Assembly (NCBI GenBank): GCA_049619235.1
Contig: JBMZMP010000001.1
Location: forward strand, 1-36,719
Direction of reading: 5' to 3'
From: Thermoplasmatota archaeon
GTDB taxonomy: Archaea > Thermoplasmatota > E2 > JACPAO01 > JAHFTW01
Length of the DNA stretch: 36,719 nt
Part shown: positions 23,776 through 31,584 of the stretch, in pieces
Numbering within the stretch: the stretch's first letter is position 1
Layout: each line of letters begins with the position of its first letter
The notes under the pieces: generated by a model
What the model saw: the letters and a program-made list of their open reading frames with translations, nothing else
What the model was told of the DNA's origin: nothing
Database searches by the model: none
Made by a program: the position numbers and the translations under genes

Positions 23776-24901
23776 TCACTTCACAAATCGTGGACACCGC
23801 TTCAAGCAATTCCGTCTCGTTCACGGTGAACGCGGGTGAGATGCGAAGGGCCTTGCCCGCGGAGCCGACGAGGATGCCCTTGTTTTCAAGGACCGATTGG
23901 GCTTCGCCTGGGTCGTCGTGATCGATGGCCCAAAGGAGCCCTGCCCCGCGAAACGAAACACCTTCAGATGCGAGTGTTTCTTGGATGCGTGTTCCTAGCT
24001 TTGCGACTCGAGGCACCAATCGCTGGGTCTCCAATTCTTGCAGCATGGCGATGCTGGCTGCTGCTGCGACGGGGTTTCCCCCGAAAGTGCAGCCGTGGCT
24101 CCCGGGGCCAAAGCCCTCTGCAAGTTCCGGTCTCATGAGGCAAGCGCCCAGGGGCAACCCGGCGCCGAGAGCTTTGGCGCTCGTGATGATGTCTGGTTGC
24201 AATCCATGAACTTGGTGTGCCCAGAAGCTGCCGGTGCGGCCGATGCCGGTTTGCACTTCGTCGGCAACGAGCAACGTTCCCTGTGTTTGGGCATTTTGCA
24301 AGGCCGTGGCCATGGCTTCCGTCATGGGGATGACGCCCCCTTCGCCTTGAATTGGTTCAAAGAAAATGGCTCCAACGTCGTGGGCACGTAGCATTTCCTC
24401 GAGAGCGTCCACGTCGTTGAATGGGACGTGCACAATCTGGTCGGGCAATGGGCCAAACCCGTGTTTGTGCTTTGCTTGACCCGTGAGGGCAAGGGAGCCC
24501 GCGGTTCGTCCATGGAAACTGCCGCCAAAGGCAAGCACCACGGATTCCGGGTTGTCTTGGCACCGGGCGCGGACCACTTTTAGGGCCGCTTCGTTGGCTT
24601 CGGTGCCACTGTTGACAAAGAGAACGTGGTATCCGTACGTTCGTGCTTGTAGCATGGTTGCCAGGGTGAGGCCTGGCTCGTGTGCGTAGAGGTTGCTTGT
24701 GTGTTGCAGGGTTTCCATTTGCTTGGTTGCGGCTTCCACCACCGCCGGGTGGCTGTGCCCGAGTGTTTGGACTGCGATGCCGCCAATGAGGTCCAAGTAT
24801 TGCTTTCCATCGTTGCCTTTCACCAGTGCCCCGCGGCCTTCTACGAGTTGCAAGGTTGGGGTGGGGTAGTTTGCCACCATGACGTCCGTCCAATGGTTCA
24901 T
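23762..24901 (-). CDS. argD: Acetylornithine aminotransferase (class III)
   Basis: ORF 23762-25219 was trimmed to the in-frame ATG at 24901 (MNHWTDVMVANYPTP...). Motifs seen: YLDLIGGIAVQTLGHSHP, FVNSGTEANEAALK, ADEVQTGIGRTG and ITSAKALGAGLP (PLP-Lys). Confidence 0.88.
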   Translation of the reverse strand: MNHWTDVMVANYPTPTLQLVEGRGALVKGNDGKQYLDLIGGIAVQTLGHSHPAVVEAATKQMETLQHTSNLYAHEPGLTLATMLQARTYGYHVLFVNSGTEANEAALKVVRARCQDNPESVVLAFGGSFHGRTAGSLALTGQAKHKHGFGPLPDQIVHVPFNDVDALEEMLRAHDVGAIFFEPIQGEGGVIPMTEAMATALQNAQTQGTLLVADEVQTGIGRTGSFWAHQVHGLQPDIITSAKALGAGLPLGACLMRPELAEGFGPGSHGCTFGGNPVAAAASIAMLQELETQRLVPRVAKLGTRIQETLASEGVSFRGAGLLWAIDHDDPGEAQSVLENKGILVGSAGKALRISPAFTVNETELLEAVSTICEVIKTP

Positions 24902-25635
24902 GCGGTCACCGCGGGGAGCATTTCGGTTCGGGGGGCTTCGCGGCTCCATGCCGCCGAGACGGGGCCAATGGTGACTCGTTGCACGCCGCAACGGAGGGCT
25001 TCTGCTGCGTTTTCGGTTTTCTGAATCATGCCGCCTTGGATGACTCCCTGGGCTTGCAAACCGCGAGCGTCGTCCCACGTCAAATGGGGAATGGGCTTGC
25101 CTTCCACGAGCACGCCGGGGACGTCCGTGGCCAGGACCAGCTCTGCGGCACCTAGGGCACTTGCGGCCACGCAGGCTCCTTCGTCCGCATTGAGGTTGAG
25201 TGGGCCGTTTGCGTCCCACCCGACGGGCGTAATCACGAGGAGTGAATCATCTGAAACCTGTACGCGGTGAGCTTCGAATCCGTTCGCGGTGCCCACGCGC
25301 CCAAGGCCAACGGGTTGTTCTTTGCGCGCGGCTGGAAACAGGCATTCGGTGGCCGGGACGTGCTTGGCTGGAACCCCGGCTTCTTGCAGGAGTTGTGTGA
25401 GTGTTTGCCCCACTTGGTCCATGGCTGCACGCACAATCTCTGCGCCTTGTTCGGTGGTTCGTCGCAGGCCTCCCACGCGAATGGGCGGGCCTTCTGCTTC
25501 GAGTGCTTCCGTGAGTTGGGGGCCTCCGCCATGAATCAAGGCCCAGGGTTCGGACCGCTGATGCCATGCCGTGGCGAGCTTGGCGATGGTTTCGGGTTGG
25601 TGGCAAATGGCTCCGCCGAGCTTGATGATTTTCAT
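24898..25635 (-). CDS. argB: Acetylglutamate kinase (short ArgB/LysZ-like form)
   Basis: 245 aa. Motifs seen: KLGGA, LIHGGGPQL and LNLNADEGA. There are 4-nt overlaps with argJ and argD. Confidence 0.8.
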   Translation of the reverse strand: MKIIKLGGAICHQPETIAKLATAWHQRSEPWALIHGGGPQLTEALEAEGPPIRVGGLRRTTEQGAEIVRAAMDQVGQTLTQLLQEAGVPAKHVPATECLFPAARKEQPVGLGRVGTANGFEAHRVQVSDDSLLVITPVGWDANGPLNLNADEGACVAASALGAAELVLATDVPGVLVEGKPIPHLTWDDARGLQAQGVIQGGMIQKTENAAEALRCGVQRVTIGPVSAAWSREAPRTEMLPAVTA

Positions 25636-26825
25636 GTTCGCCCCTCGCTGTTGAATGCGACGTACTCTGGACTGAGGTCACTTCCCCAGGCTGTCGCCTC
25701 AGCAGAGCCGGAGTCAAGGTCCAGAATGAATGAAATCTCGCTCTCGTCCAACAAGTGGTCTGGGCGCTCGAGGGGGGCGCCGCCTTTGAAAAGCCAGGCT
25801 TCGCCACGGGCGCTTTTGCATTCCAATTGGACCTTGTCCACATCCAGCTCTCGCCATGCGGCGCCTGCTGCTGCTAGGATCCGTCCCCAATTCGGGTCGC
25901 CTCCGTGAAGGGCAGCCTTGACGAGGTTGTCCCTGGCAACGGCGCGAGAAACGGAACGGGCAATCTGGTCGTTGGGGGCGCCGCGGACGCTCACTTCCAT
26001 GAGGCGGGTGGCGCCTTCGCCGTCGGCGGCAATTTGTCGTGCCAAGTCCGTGCACATGCGAAGCAGCTCTTCTCGGAATTCTTCGTGCTCGGGGCTTGCG
26101 ACGCGGATGTGTTGGCCGCTTGCTCCATTGGCCATGATGGCCACCATGTCGTTCGTGGATTCGGAACCGTCGATGCTGATTTGGTTGAACGAAGCTTGGA
26201 TTGCGTGGGTGAGGTCTTGTTGCAGAACCGGCGCGGGGATTGCCACATCGGTGACGATGAGTCCCAGCATGGTTGCCATGTTTGGATGCACCATTCCGGA
26301 ACCCTTTGCGATGCCGGAGAGTTGGGCGCCGCCGGTCAATTCGGCGTGGGCGTGTTTGATGCCGCTGTCGGTGGTCAAGATGGCTTGTGCGACGGAGGCA
26401 CCGCCGCCTTCGTGGAGTTGTTTGGTTGCTTCATTGATGCCGCGACTGATGCAGTCCATTTCGAGTGGTTCGCCAATCACGCCTGTGCTGGAGACGATGA
26501 CGTCCTCGGGTCGGATGCCGAGGGCATCGCCGGTTTGGTTGGCCATGGAGATGGCATCGCGGAGGCCGGTTCGGCCGGTGCACGCGTTTGCGTTGCCGGA
26601 GTTGATGACCATGGCTTGCGCCACGCCGTTTCCTAGGTGTTGTTTGGTGATGTGGATGGGTGCGGCTTGGAACGCGTTTTGCGTGTACACGGCGGCAGCG
26701 TTGGCTGGGGACTCGGAGTAAATGACTGCCAAATCTGGCCGTTCGTTCTTGATGCCGCAGTGGACGCCGGCGCTTTTGAATCCGCGAGCGAGCAGAATGG
26801 GCTGGTGTAGGAGCATTGGGCTCAT
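25632..26825 (-). CDS. argJ: Bifunctional ornithine acetyltransferase / N-acetylglutamate synthase
   Basis: ORF 25632-27452 was trimmed to the in-frame ATG at 26825 (MSPMLLHQPILLARGFKSAGVHCGIK...). Motifs seen: VINSGNANACTG and the autoprocessing site ATMLGLIVTD. Confidence 0.88.
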   Translation of the reverse strand: MSPMLLHQPILLARGFKSAGVHCGIKNERPDLAVIYSESPANAAAVYTQNAFQAAPIHITKQHLGNGVAQAMVINSGNANACTGRTGLRDAISMANQTGDALGIRPEDVIVSSTGVIGEPLEMDCISRGINEATKQLHEGGGASVAQAILTTDSGIKHAHAELTGGAQLSGIAKGSGMVHPNMATMLGLIVTDVAIPAPVLQQDLTHAIQASFNQISIDGSESTNDMVAIMANGASGQHIRVASPEHEEFREELLRMCTDLARQIAADGEGATRLMEVSVRGAPNDQIARSVSRAVARDNLVKAALHGGDPNWGRILAAAGAAWRELDVDKVQLECKSARGEAWLFKGGAPLERPDHLLDESEISFILDLDSGSAEATAWGSDLSPEYVAFNSEGRT

Positions 26826-27769
26826 GGGTTGCCTCCGAGGCCGGTTCCGCTTTCCCAACCCAGCGCGTCGTTCATGTTTTGCACGGCTGTGCCACTGCCT
26901 CCTTTTTGCAGGTTGTCGATGGCGGCTCGAACCACGAGGAGGTTGTTCTTTTTGTCCGCGTCCACGGCGATGTGTGCGTGGTTCGACCCACGGACCGCTC
27001 CCGTGCTGGCTTCTGCTTTGACGTGGACGAATTGGTTGTGCTTGTACGCGGTTTCGTACACTAACTTGGCGTCTTCGAGCTGGCTGCTTGGGATGTACAC
27101 GGTGTCGAGGAGGCCGCGGGTCTGGGGCACCAAATGGGGGGTGAACCGGATGGATTGTTTGCGTCCGAATCCGCCTGCGAAGGCTGCCATTTCTTCGGTG
27201 TGGTCGTGGCCTGTGACTTTGTAGGCGGTGGTGTTTTCGTTCATTTCGGGGTAGTGCAGATGTGATTGTGGTTTGATGCCGGCGCCGCTGACGCCGCTTT
27301 TGCCATCCACGATGATGGTTTGGTTCTCGACGAGGCCTGCCTGCAGGGCGGGTGCGATGGCAAGTGCTGCGGCGGTGGGGTAACAACCGGGGTTTGCAAT
27401 GCGTTTGGTGCCTTTGGAGACTGGCTTCCAATCGGCAAGCCCGTAGGTCCATTTGTCGCCGTTGAGGGCTTCCAAGCGGTGGTCGCGGCTCAAATCAATG
27501 ATGGTTTGGTCGTCTCGGGCCTTGCGTGCGATGTCTCTTGCGACGCCACCGGGGGTTGCGAGGAAAAGTACGTCGGATGCGGCCATTTTCTCTGGGGGGG
27601 CCACGGTGAGGCCGCTGTTTTCGAAGCCGCTTACGTGGTCTTCGTAGGGGGTGCCATGGTCGCTGGTTGCGATGGGGGTCACGTTGTTGACGTGGGGGTG
27701 GTCGTGGAGCAAGCGTACCAATTCGCGTCCAAGGTACCCGCGGGCACCAACGACGGATGCGTTGATCAT
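26822..27769 (-). CDS. argC: N-acetyl-gamma-glutamyl-phosphate reductase
   Basis: ORF 26822-27832 was trimmed to ATG 27769 (MINASVVGARGYLGRELVRLL, Rossmann fold). IANPGCYPTAA holds the catalytic Cys. The stop overlaps the argJ ATG. Confidence 0.85.
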   Translation of the reverse strand: MINASVVGARGYLGRELVRLLHDHPHVNNVTPIATSDHGTPYEDHVSGFENSGLTVAPPEKMAASDVLFLATPGGVARDIARKARDDQTIIDLSRDHRLEALNGDKWTYGLADWKPVSKGTKRIANPGCYPTAAALAIAPALQAGLVENQTIIVDGKSGVSGAGIKPQSHLHYPEMNENTTAYKVTGHDHTEEMAAFAGGFGRKQSIRFTPHLVPQTRGLLDTVYIPSSQLEDAKLVYETAYKHNQFVHVKAEASTGAVRGSNHAHIAVDADKKNNLLVVRAAIDNLQKGGSGTAVQNMNDALGWESGTGLGGNP

Positions 27770-27897
27770 TGGGCGGAAGCTTCCGGGCTTCCTTCTTAGG
27801 AGTTCTGTGACTGATTGACCCAGCCGCCCCAAATTGACTCAAATGGGTCAGTTCGTTGCAGTTGTTCTAGGCTCCATGCCGGCCCATGGCGAGCGGT

Positions 27898-28902
27898 TCA
27901 GTCTGCCAGGAACGTGTGGTTCATGGCGGTTTCCGCGATGTCGATGGCGTAGGAGCGGACGCGGTCCACGGAGTCGGCAATGAGTGTGAGTGGCCCCACG
28001 ACCTCTGCCTGCAAATCATTGGTGAGCTTGCTGAACGTTGCCCTCCAGCCACCGCCTTGTTTGCCGAGATCCACGGCTTGGCTGCTTTGGTCGAAGTCGG
28101 TTCGCTTCAATCCGGTGAAGCCTTCGTCCCAGACGGTTCGGACGCGGGCCACTTGTTCGAGGATGCTGTTTCGCACGTCTTCGGGGAGGGATTCCATTTC
28201 CCGCACGTTCTTGCAGATTTTGCTGGCGTGGTCTCCCATGCGTTCCAGGGTGCGGGCGACGAGGAAGAAGTTGAGCGCTTCGGCGGGTCGAATGGCGAGG
28301 CGTGCTGCGAGGCGGGGCTGTTCGAGAAGCGCGTGCATTTGTTTGCTCACGTGCCATTCGAGGCGGTCCAGTTCGTCGTCGCGGCTGGTGACGTCTTCGG
28401 CGAGGTCGTGGTCCATGGTTTGCATGGCTTCGATGGCGTCGTCGAACATGATGCGGGCGATGCGGTGCATGCGCGTGACGGTTTTTCGCAGGTCCATTTC
28501 ACTGGCACCGACGAGGTCTTGCAAGGTGACCGATTCGCTGTTTTCTTCAAGGATTTCCACGCCAACGAGGTCGCGGATGGCGTTGCGGATGGTGCTGCGT
28601 TGTGCGGCGTCAAGGCGGCCTTCGCGGGAGATGTGGATTTCGTCGGCACCGGCGAGGTAGGCCCCAATGAGTTGACGCGTGATGGCTTCGGGGCCGGCGT
28701 CTTTGAGTTTGATTTCGACGCGGCGTTTGCGCGGGCGCATGTCTGCGTGGGGGACGATGAGGAGGCTGCCGTCGCTTTCCTCGTGGATGGCAAGGTTGTC
28801 GCTGCGCGTGAGGCCGCTTCGGTCGATCCATTTTTTTGGCAGGCTGATCACGTGCGTGCTTCCGCCCGTCACCTGGATTTTCCGTAGTTCCACGTTTGCC
28901 AC
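27898..28902 (-). CDS. AbrB/SpoVT-domain + PhoU-domain fusion protein (putative archaeal phosphate-responsive regulator)
   Basis: Only the last 334 codons of ORF 27898-30201 are plausible. The start is taken as GTG 28902 (MANVELRKIQVTGGSTHVISLPKKWI, a swapped-hairpin AbrB motif); GTG 28893 is an alternative. Two PhoU repeats follow (...DDELDRLEWHV...LVARTLERMGDHASKI...SYAIDIAE). Confidence 0.8.
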   Translation of the reverse strand: MANVELRKIQVTGGSTHVISLPKKWIDRSGLTRSDNLAIHEESDGSLLIVPHADMRPRKRRVEIKLKDAGPEAITRQLIGAYLAGADEIHISREGRLDAAQRSTIRNAIRDLVGVEILEENSESVTLQDLVGASEMDLRKTVTRMHRIARIMFDDAIEAMQTMDHDLAEDVTSRDDELDRLEWHVSKQMHALLEQPRLAARLAIRPAEALNFFLVARTLERMGDHASKICKNVREMESLPEDVRNSILEQVARVRTVWDEGFTGLKRTDFDQSSQAVDLGKQGGGWRATFSKLTNDLQAEVVGPLTLIADSVDRVRSYAIDIAETAMNHTFLAD

Positions 28903-28936
28903 GATGGGCAGGTAGACATCATGTCTTCGTATAGTT

Positions 28937-28946
28937 TCTCTATAGA
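28937..28946. promoter_or_regulatory. Pho-locus motif copy 1: TCTCTATAGA
   Basis: Lies 35 nt upstream of the AbrB-PhoU start (28902, minus strand) and immediately after the ArsR-like stop. A partial second TATAG lies at 28930-28934. Confidence 0.5.
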
Positions 28947-29294
28947 TTATTGTGGGGGTGTGCGGGTTGCAGGTGGCTGGTATGGCTGCCCGGCCCGCGT
29001 TGCTTCGGTGATGTGGCCTAAGCGCGTTCCCACTTGACCAAGCTCTGCCAACAGGAGGGCCAAGTGGGGGTCGGCAATGCTGTAGCGGCGCGAACGGCCC
29101 ATGGGACGGCTGCGCACAATCCCCTGCTCCTTCAACTTCCGCAATTGGTGGCTCACGTTGGATTGTTCCACCTTTGTGTAGGCTACGAGGTCGGAGACGG
29201 TTGCACCTCCTTGCAGCAGCCGCGTCAAAATGGCTCGCTTGGTGGGTTCCGTCATCAAATGGATCAGGGACAAGCCATCCATATGAACCAACAT
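28947..29294 (-). CDS. ArsR/SmtB-family winged-HTH transcriptional regulator
   Basis: 115 aa. EPTKRAILTRLLQGGATVSDLVAYTKVEQSNVSHQLRKLKEQGIV is the ArsR HTH signature. The start could be ATG 29282. Confidence 0.75.
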   Translation of the reverse strand: MLVHMDGLSLIHLMTEPTKRAILTRLLQGGATVSDLVAYTKVEQSNVSHQLRKLKEQGIVRSRPMGRSRRYSIADPHLALLLAELGQVGTRLGHITEATRAGQPYQPPATRTPPQ

Positions 29295-29321
29295 TCATGC
29301 GAACATGAAGAGGCTTTTCAT
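29283..29321. promoter_or_regulatory. Array of ATGAA/TTCAT half-sites including the perfect palindrome TTCATG-N4-CATGAA in the divergent ArsR/NikR control region
   Basis: ATGAA at 29283-29287, TTCAT at 29294-29298, ATGAA at 29305-29309 and TTCAT at 29317-29321. The central inverted repeat is 29294-29299 / 29304-29309. Confidence 0.4.
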
Positions 29322-29341
29322 TCAGACCAAGATGGCACAGC

Positions 29342-29719
29342 ATGGCCGTGGTCAGTGTCAGCCTCCCAGACGAACTCGTCGCATCCATGGATGAAGACAT
29401 CCAACGGCGCAACTTCAAAGGCCGCAGCGAATGGCTTCGCGCCGCAGCACGGGAACACCTGCAGCAAACCACCGAATCCGAAGGCCACCTGCACGGCAGC
29501 ATCACACTTTCATACAAGCACGGGCACGAAAACCGCATCAGCGACGTGCGCCACCAGTTCCATGACGTGGTCCTCAGCATGATGCACACCCACTGCGACC
29601 CCACCCTCTGCATGGACGTGCTCATTGTCGGCGGCCCTGCGGAAACCGTGCGGGAACTGCAAGCGACCCTCCTGCGCCTGCCGGCCATCAAGACCTCCGT
29701 GCTGGTTGCCATTGAGTAA
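29342..29719 (+). CDS. nikR: NikR-family ribbon-helix-helix metalloregulator
   Basis: 125 aa. The N-terminal RHH is VSVSLPDELVASMDEDIQRRNFKGRSEWLRAAAREHL. The C-terminal metal-binding ACT-like domain has His/Cys motifs (HGHE, HQFHD, MMHTHCD). Confidence 0.72.
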   Translation: MAVVSVSLPDELVASMDEDIQRRNFKGRSEWLRAAAREHLQQTTESEGHLHGSITLSYKHGHENRISDVRHQFHDVVLSMMHTHCDPTLCMDVLIVGGPAETVRELQATLLRLPAIKTSVLVAIE

Positions 29720-29743
29720 ATAGGCAAACTGCAATGGCGCCTT

Positions 29744-30331
29744 GTGGCCGACGATTTCCAAGACCCCGACATTGGCATCTGGAAAGTGTACACGCGGGGC
29801 GGCGACAAAGGCGAAACCAGCCTCGTTGGCGGACAACGGGTCTCCAAGACGGACGCACGCATCGACGCATATGGAACCGTGGATGAATTGGGTGCCATCG
29901 TTGGCCTCATCCGGGCCGAACTCGGATCCGAAACCGCCCAACTGGATGCACACCTCACCCGCGTCCAACATGCACTGTTCAACACGGGCAGCATCCTCGC
30001 CACCTTGCCTGGCGACCGCGGGCCCAAGCAACCTGCGGTTCGGCAAGCGGACATTGACAACCTGGAACATTGGATGGATGCAGCAAACGATGGCTTGCCC
30101 GCCCTCACCAGTTTCGTGCTTGCAGGTGGAAGTCGACTCAATGCGTTGCTGCACCTGGCACGCACCGTGTGCCGACGGGCGGAGCGGCTGGCCGTTGCCA
30201 TGAATGATGGCCACTACGACTTGGAGGTGGCCTACCTGAACCGCCTGTCCGATGCGTTCTTTGTTTGGGCGCGCTGGGCTGCGGCGCAGTTGGGGCACGA
30301 AGAAGTGCTCTGGGCACCCAACCAGGCATAG
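29744..30331 (+). CDS. PduO-type ATP:cob(I)alamin adenosyltransferase
   Basis: YTRGGDKGETSL...RIDAYGTVDELGAIVG...RTVCRRAER is the PduO/MMAB signature. The start is GTG 29744; the in-frame GTG at 29786 (giving MYTRGGDKGETSL) is equally plausible. Confidence 0.78.
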   Translation: MADDFQDPDIGIWKVYTRGGDKGETSLVGGQRVSKTDARIDAYGTVDELGAIVGLIRAELGSETAQLDAHLTRVQHALFNTGSILATLPGDRGPKQPAVRQADIDNLEHWMDAANDGLPALTSFVLAGGSRLNALLHLARTVCRRAERLAVAMNDGHYDLEVAYLNRLSDAFFVWARWAAAQLGHEEVLWAPNQA

Positions 30332-30341
30332 TTCTCAATCT

Positions 30342-30351
30342 TCTCTATAGA
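30342..30351. promoter_or_regulatory. Pho-locus motif copy 2: TCTCTATAGA
   Basis: Lies 52 nt upstream of the pstS ATG (30403) and 11 nt after the preceding stop codon. Confidence 0.5.
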
Positions 30352-30402
30352 AACAAGGGGATTTTGCTAAACTTGGCAACCAATCGTGGGCGTTTGAGCA
30401 AC

Positions 30403-31308
30403 ATGAACACCAAGCTCCTACTCACAGTCGCCAGCCTCTGTGCGCTCGCAATCTCTGGTTGCGTCAGCTCAGAAACCATCATCCAAGAAGGCAGCAGCAC
30501 CGTGGAACCCCTTGCCAAAGTATGGGCCAACGAAGTCGCAGCCCAAGGCCTCGACGTCATCGTGGATGGCGGTGGCTCCGGCCACGGCGGCAAAGGCATC
30601 TGCACCGGTGAATTGACCATCGGTGACATGAGCCGCGCCATGAAGACGTCCGAAAAGGAACTGTGCGCCCAAAACGGCATCACGCCCCTCGTCTGGAAAG
30701 TGGCCCTCGACGCCCTTTCCGTCGTCACCTCGAAAGGTAGTTTCGTGGACGACTTGACTGTGGATCAACTCGCAGATATCTTTGGCAACCCAGAAGTCAC
30801 GCACTGGGACCAAGTGGACGCAGGCTTCCCATCCACGGCCATCAGCCTCTGCTTCCCTGACGCCGGCAGCGGCACCTACGACTACTTCCTCGAAGAAGTG
30901 CTCGAAGACCACGAATTCAACTACAAGACCGAGCAACAAGTCGCAAGCGGCGCCACCCACTTGCAAAGCGCAAACGACGAACAAATCGTCAACTGCGTGA
31001 AGGACAACGACAACGCGATTGCCTTCTTCGGCTTCAGCTACTACGACTCCAACCGTGCAACCCTCGATGCAGTGAACATTGGTGGTGTCTCCCCAAGCAT
31101 CGCCAACGTGGTCAGCGGTGCCTACAGCCCGCTTGGTCGCTACCTCTACATGGTCACCAGCAGCGAACTCAGCGCCCCCGTGGTGGAGTACTTCGCCTAC
31201 GCCCTCAACGAAGGTCAAGCCGAGTCCTTGATGGTTGGTGCTGGCTTCATCCCCTTGGATGGTCCCACCTTGACTGAGATGCGGGAACAACTGGAACGCT
31301 ACGCCTAG
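30403..31308 (+). CDS. pstS: Phosphate ABC transporter substrate-binding lipoprotein PstS
   Basis: ORF 30265-31308 was trimmed to ATG 30403. The signal peptide has a lipobox (LCALAISGC). Motifs seen: GSSTVEPLA, GGGSGHGG and DMSRAM. Confidence 0.85.
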   Translation: MNTKLLLTVASLCALAISGCVSSETIIQEGSSTVEPLAKVWANEVAAQGLDVIVDGGGSGHGGKGICTGELTIGDMSRAMKTSEKELCAQNGITPLVWKVALDALSVVTSKGSFVDDLTVDQLADIFGNPEVTHWDQVDAGFPSTAISLCFPDAGSGTYDYFLEEVLEDHEFNYKTEQQVASGATHLQSANDEQIVNCVKDNDNAIAFFGFSYYDSNRATLDAVNIGGVSPSIANVVSGAYSPLGRYLYMVTSSELSAPVVEYFAYALNEGQAESLMVGAGFIPLDGPTLTEMREQLERYA

Positions 31309-31358
31309 GGCGCCAGGGAAGGACGGCCGCTTCGGACAGAACATCCCTGCGGCCCCGG

Positions 31359-31441
31359 TCCCCGTCCTCTCCCTCTCTTTCTTTTCCCTGTCCTTCTTCT
31401 CCCTCTTCCAAATTCTTCCGTTTTTGCATCCTGTTTGTTTT
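31359..31441 (+). terminator. Polypyrimidine (C/T) tract followed by oligo-T runs downstream of pstS
   Basis: Positions 31359-31409 hold only 2 purines in 51 nt. A T5 run lies at 31421-31425 and a T4 run at 31438-31441. Oligo-T is the usual archaeal termination signal. Confidence 0.35.
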
Positions 31442-31531
31442 GCGTGCTGTCTCTCCAGCCGCTCCGTTGGGGCTGGTGGTTGCTTTTGGTTGTCTATTGC
31501 GAATCCATGCGAAGGAACCCTGACGCAATAT

Positions 31532-31541
31532 TCTCTATAGA
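31532..31541. promoter_or_regulatory. Pho-locus motif copy 3: TCTCTATAGA
   Basis: Lies 44 nt upstream of the in-frame GTG at 31585 of pstS-downstream gene pstC. It is followed by a degenerate CTCTATCG at 31542-31549. Confidence 0.45.
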
Positions 31542-31584
31542 CTCTATCGCCAAACCCTATCCTTCCCACGCATACCCCCACCAT

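Noticed and set aside
28903-30201. N-terminal 433 codons of the 767-aa minus-strand ORF 27897-30201 region (ORF 27898-30201)
   Set aside because: This part runs antisense or out of frame through the well-supported ArsR-like, NikR-like and adenosyltransferase genes and has an Arg/Ser/Ala-rich composition. Only the last 334 codons (AbrB + PhoU domains) are credible.
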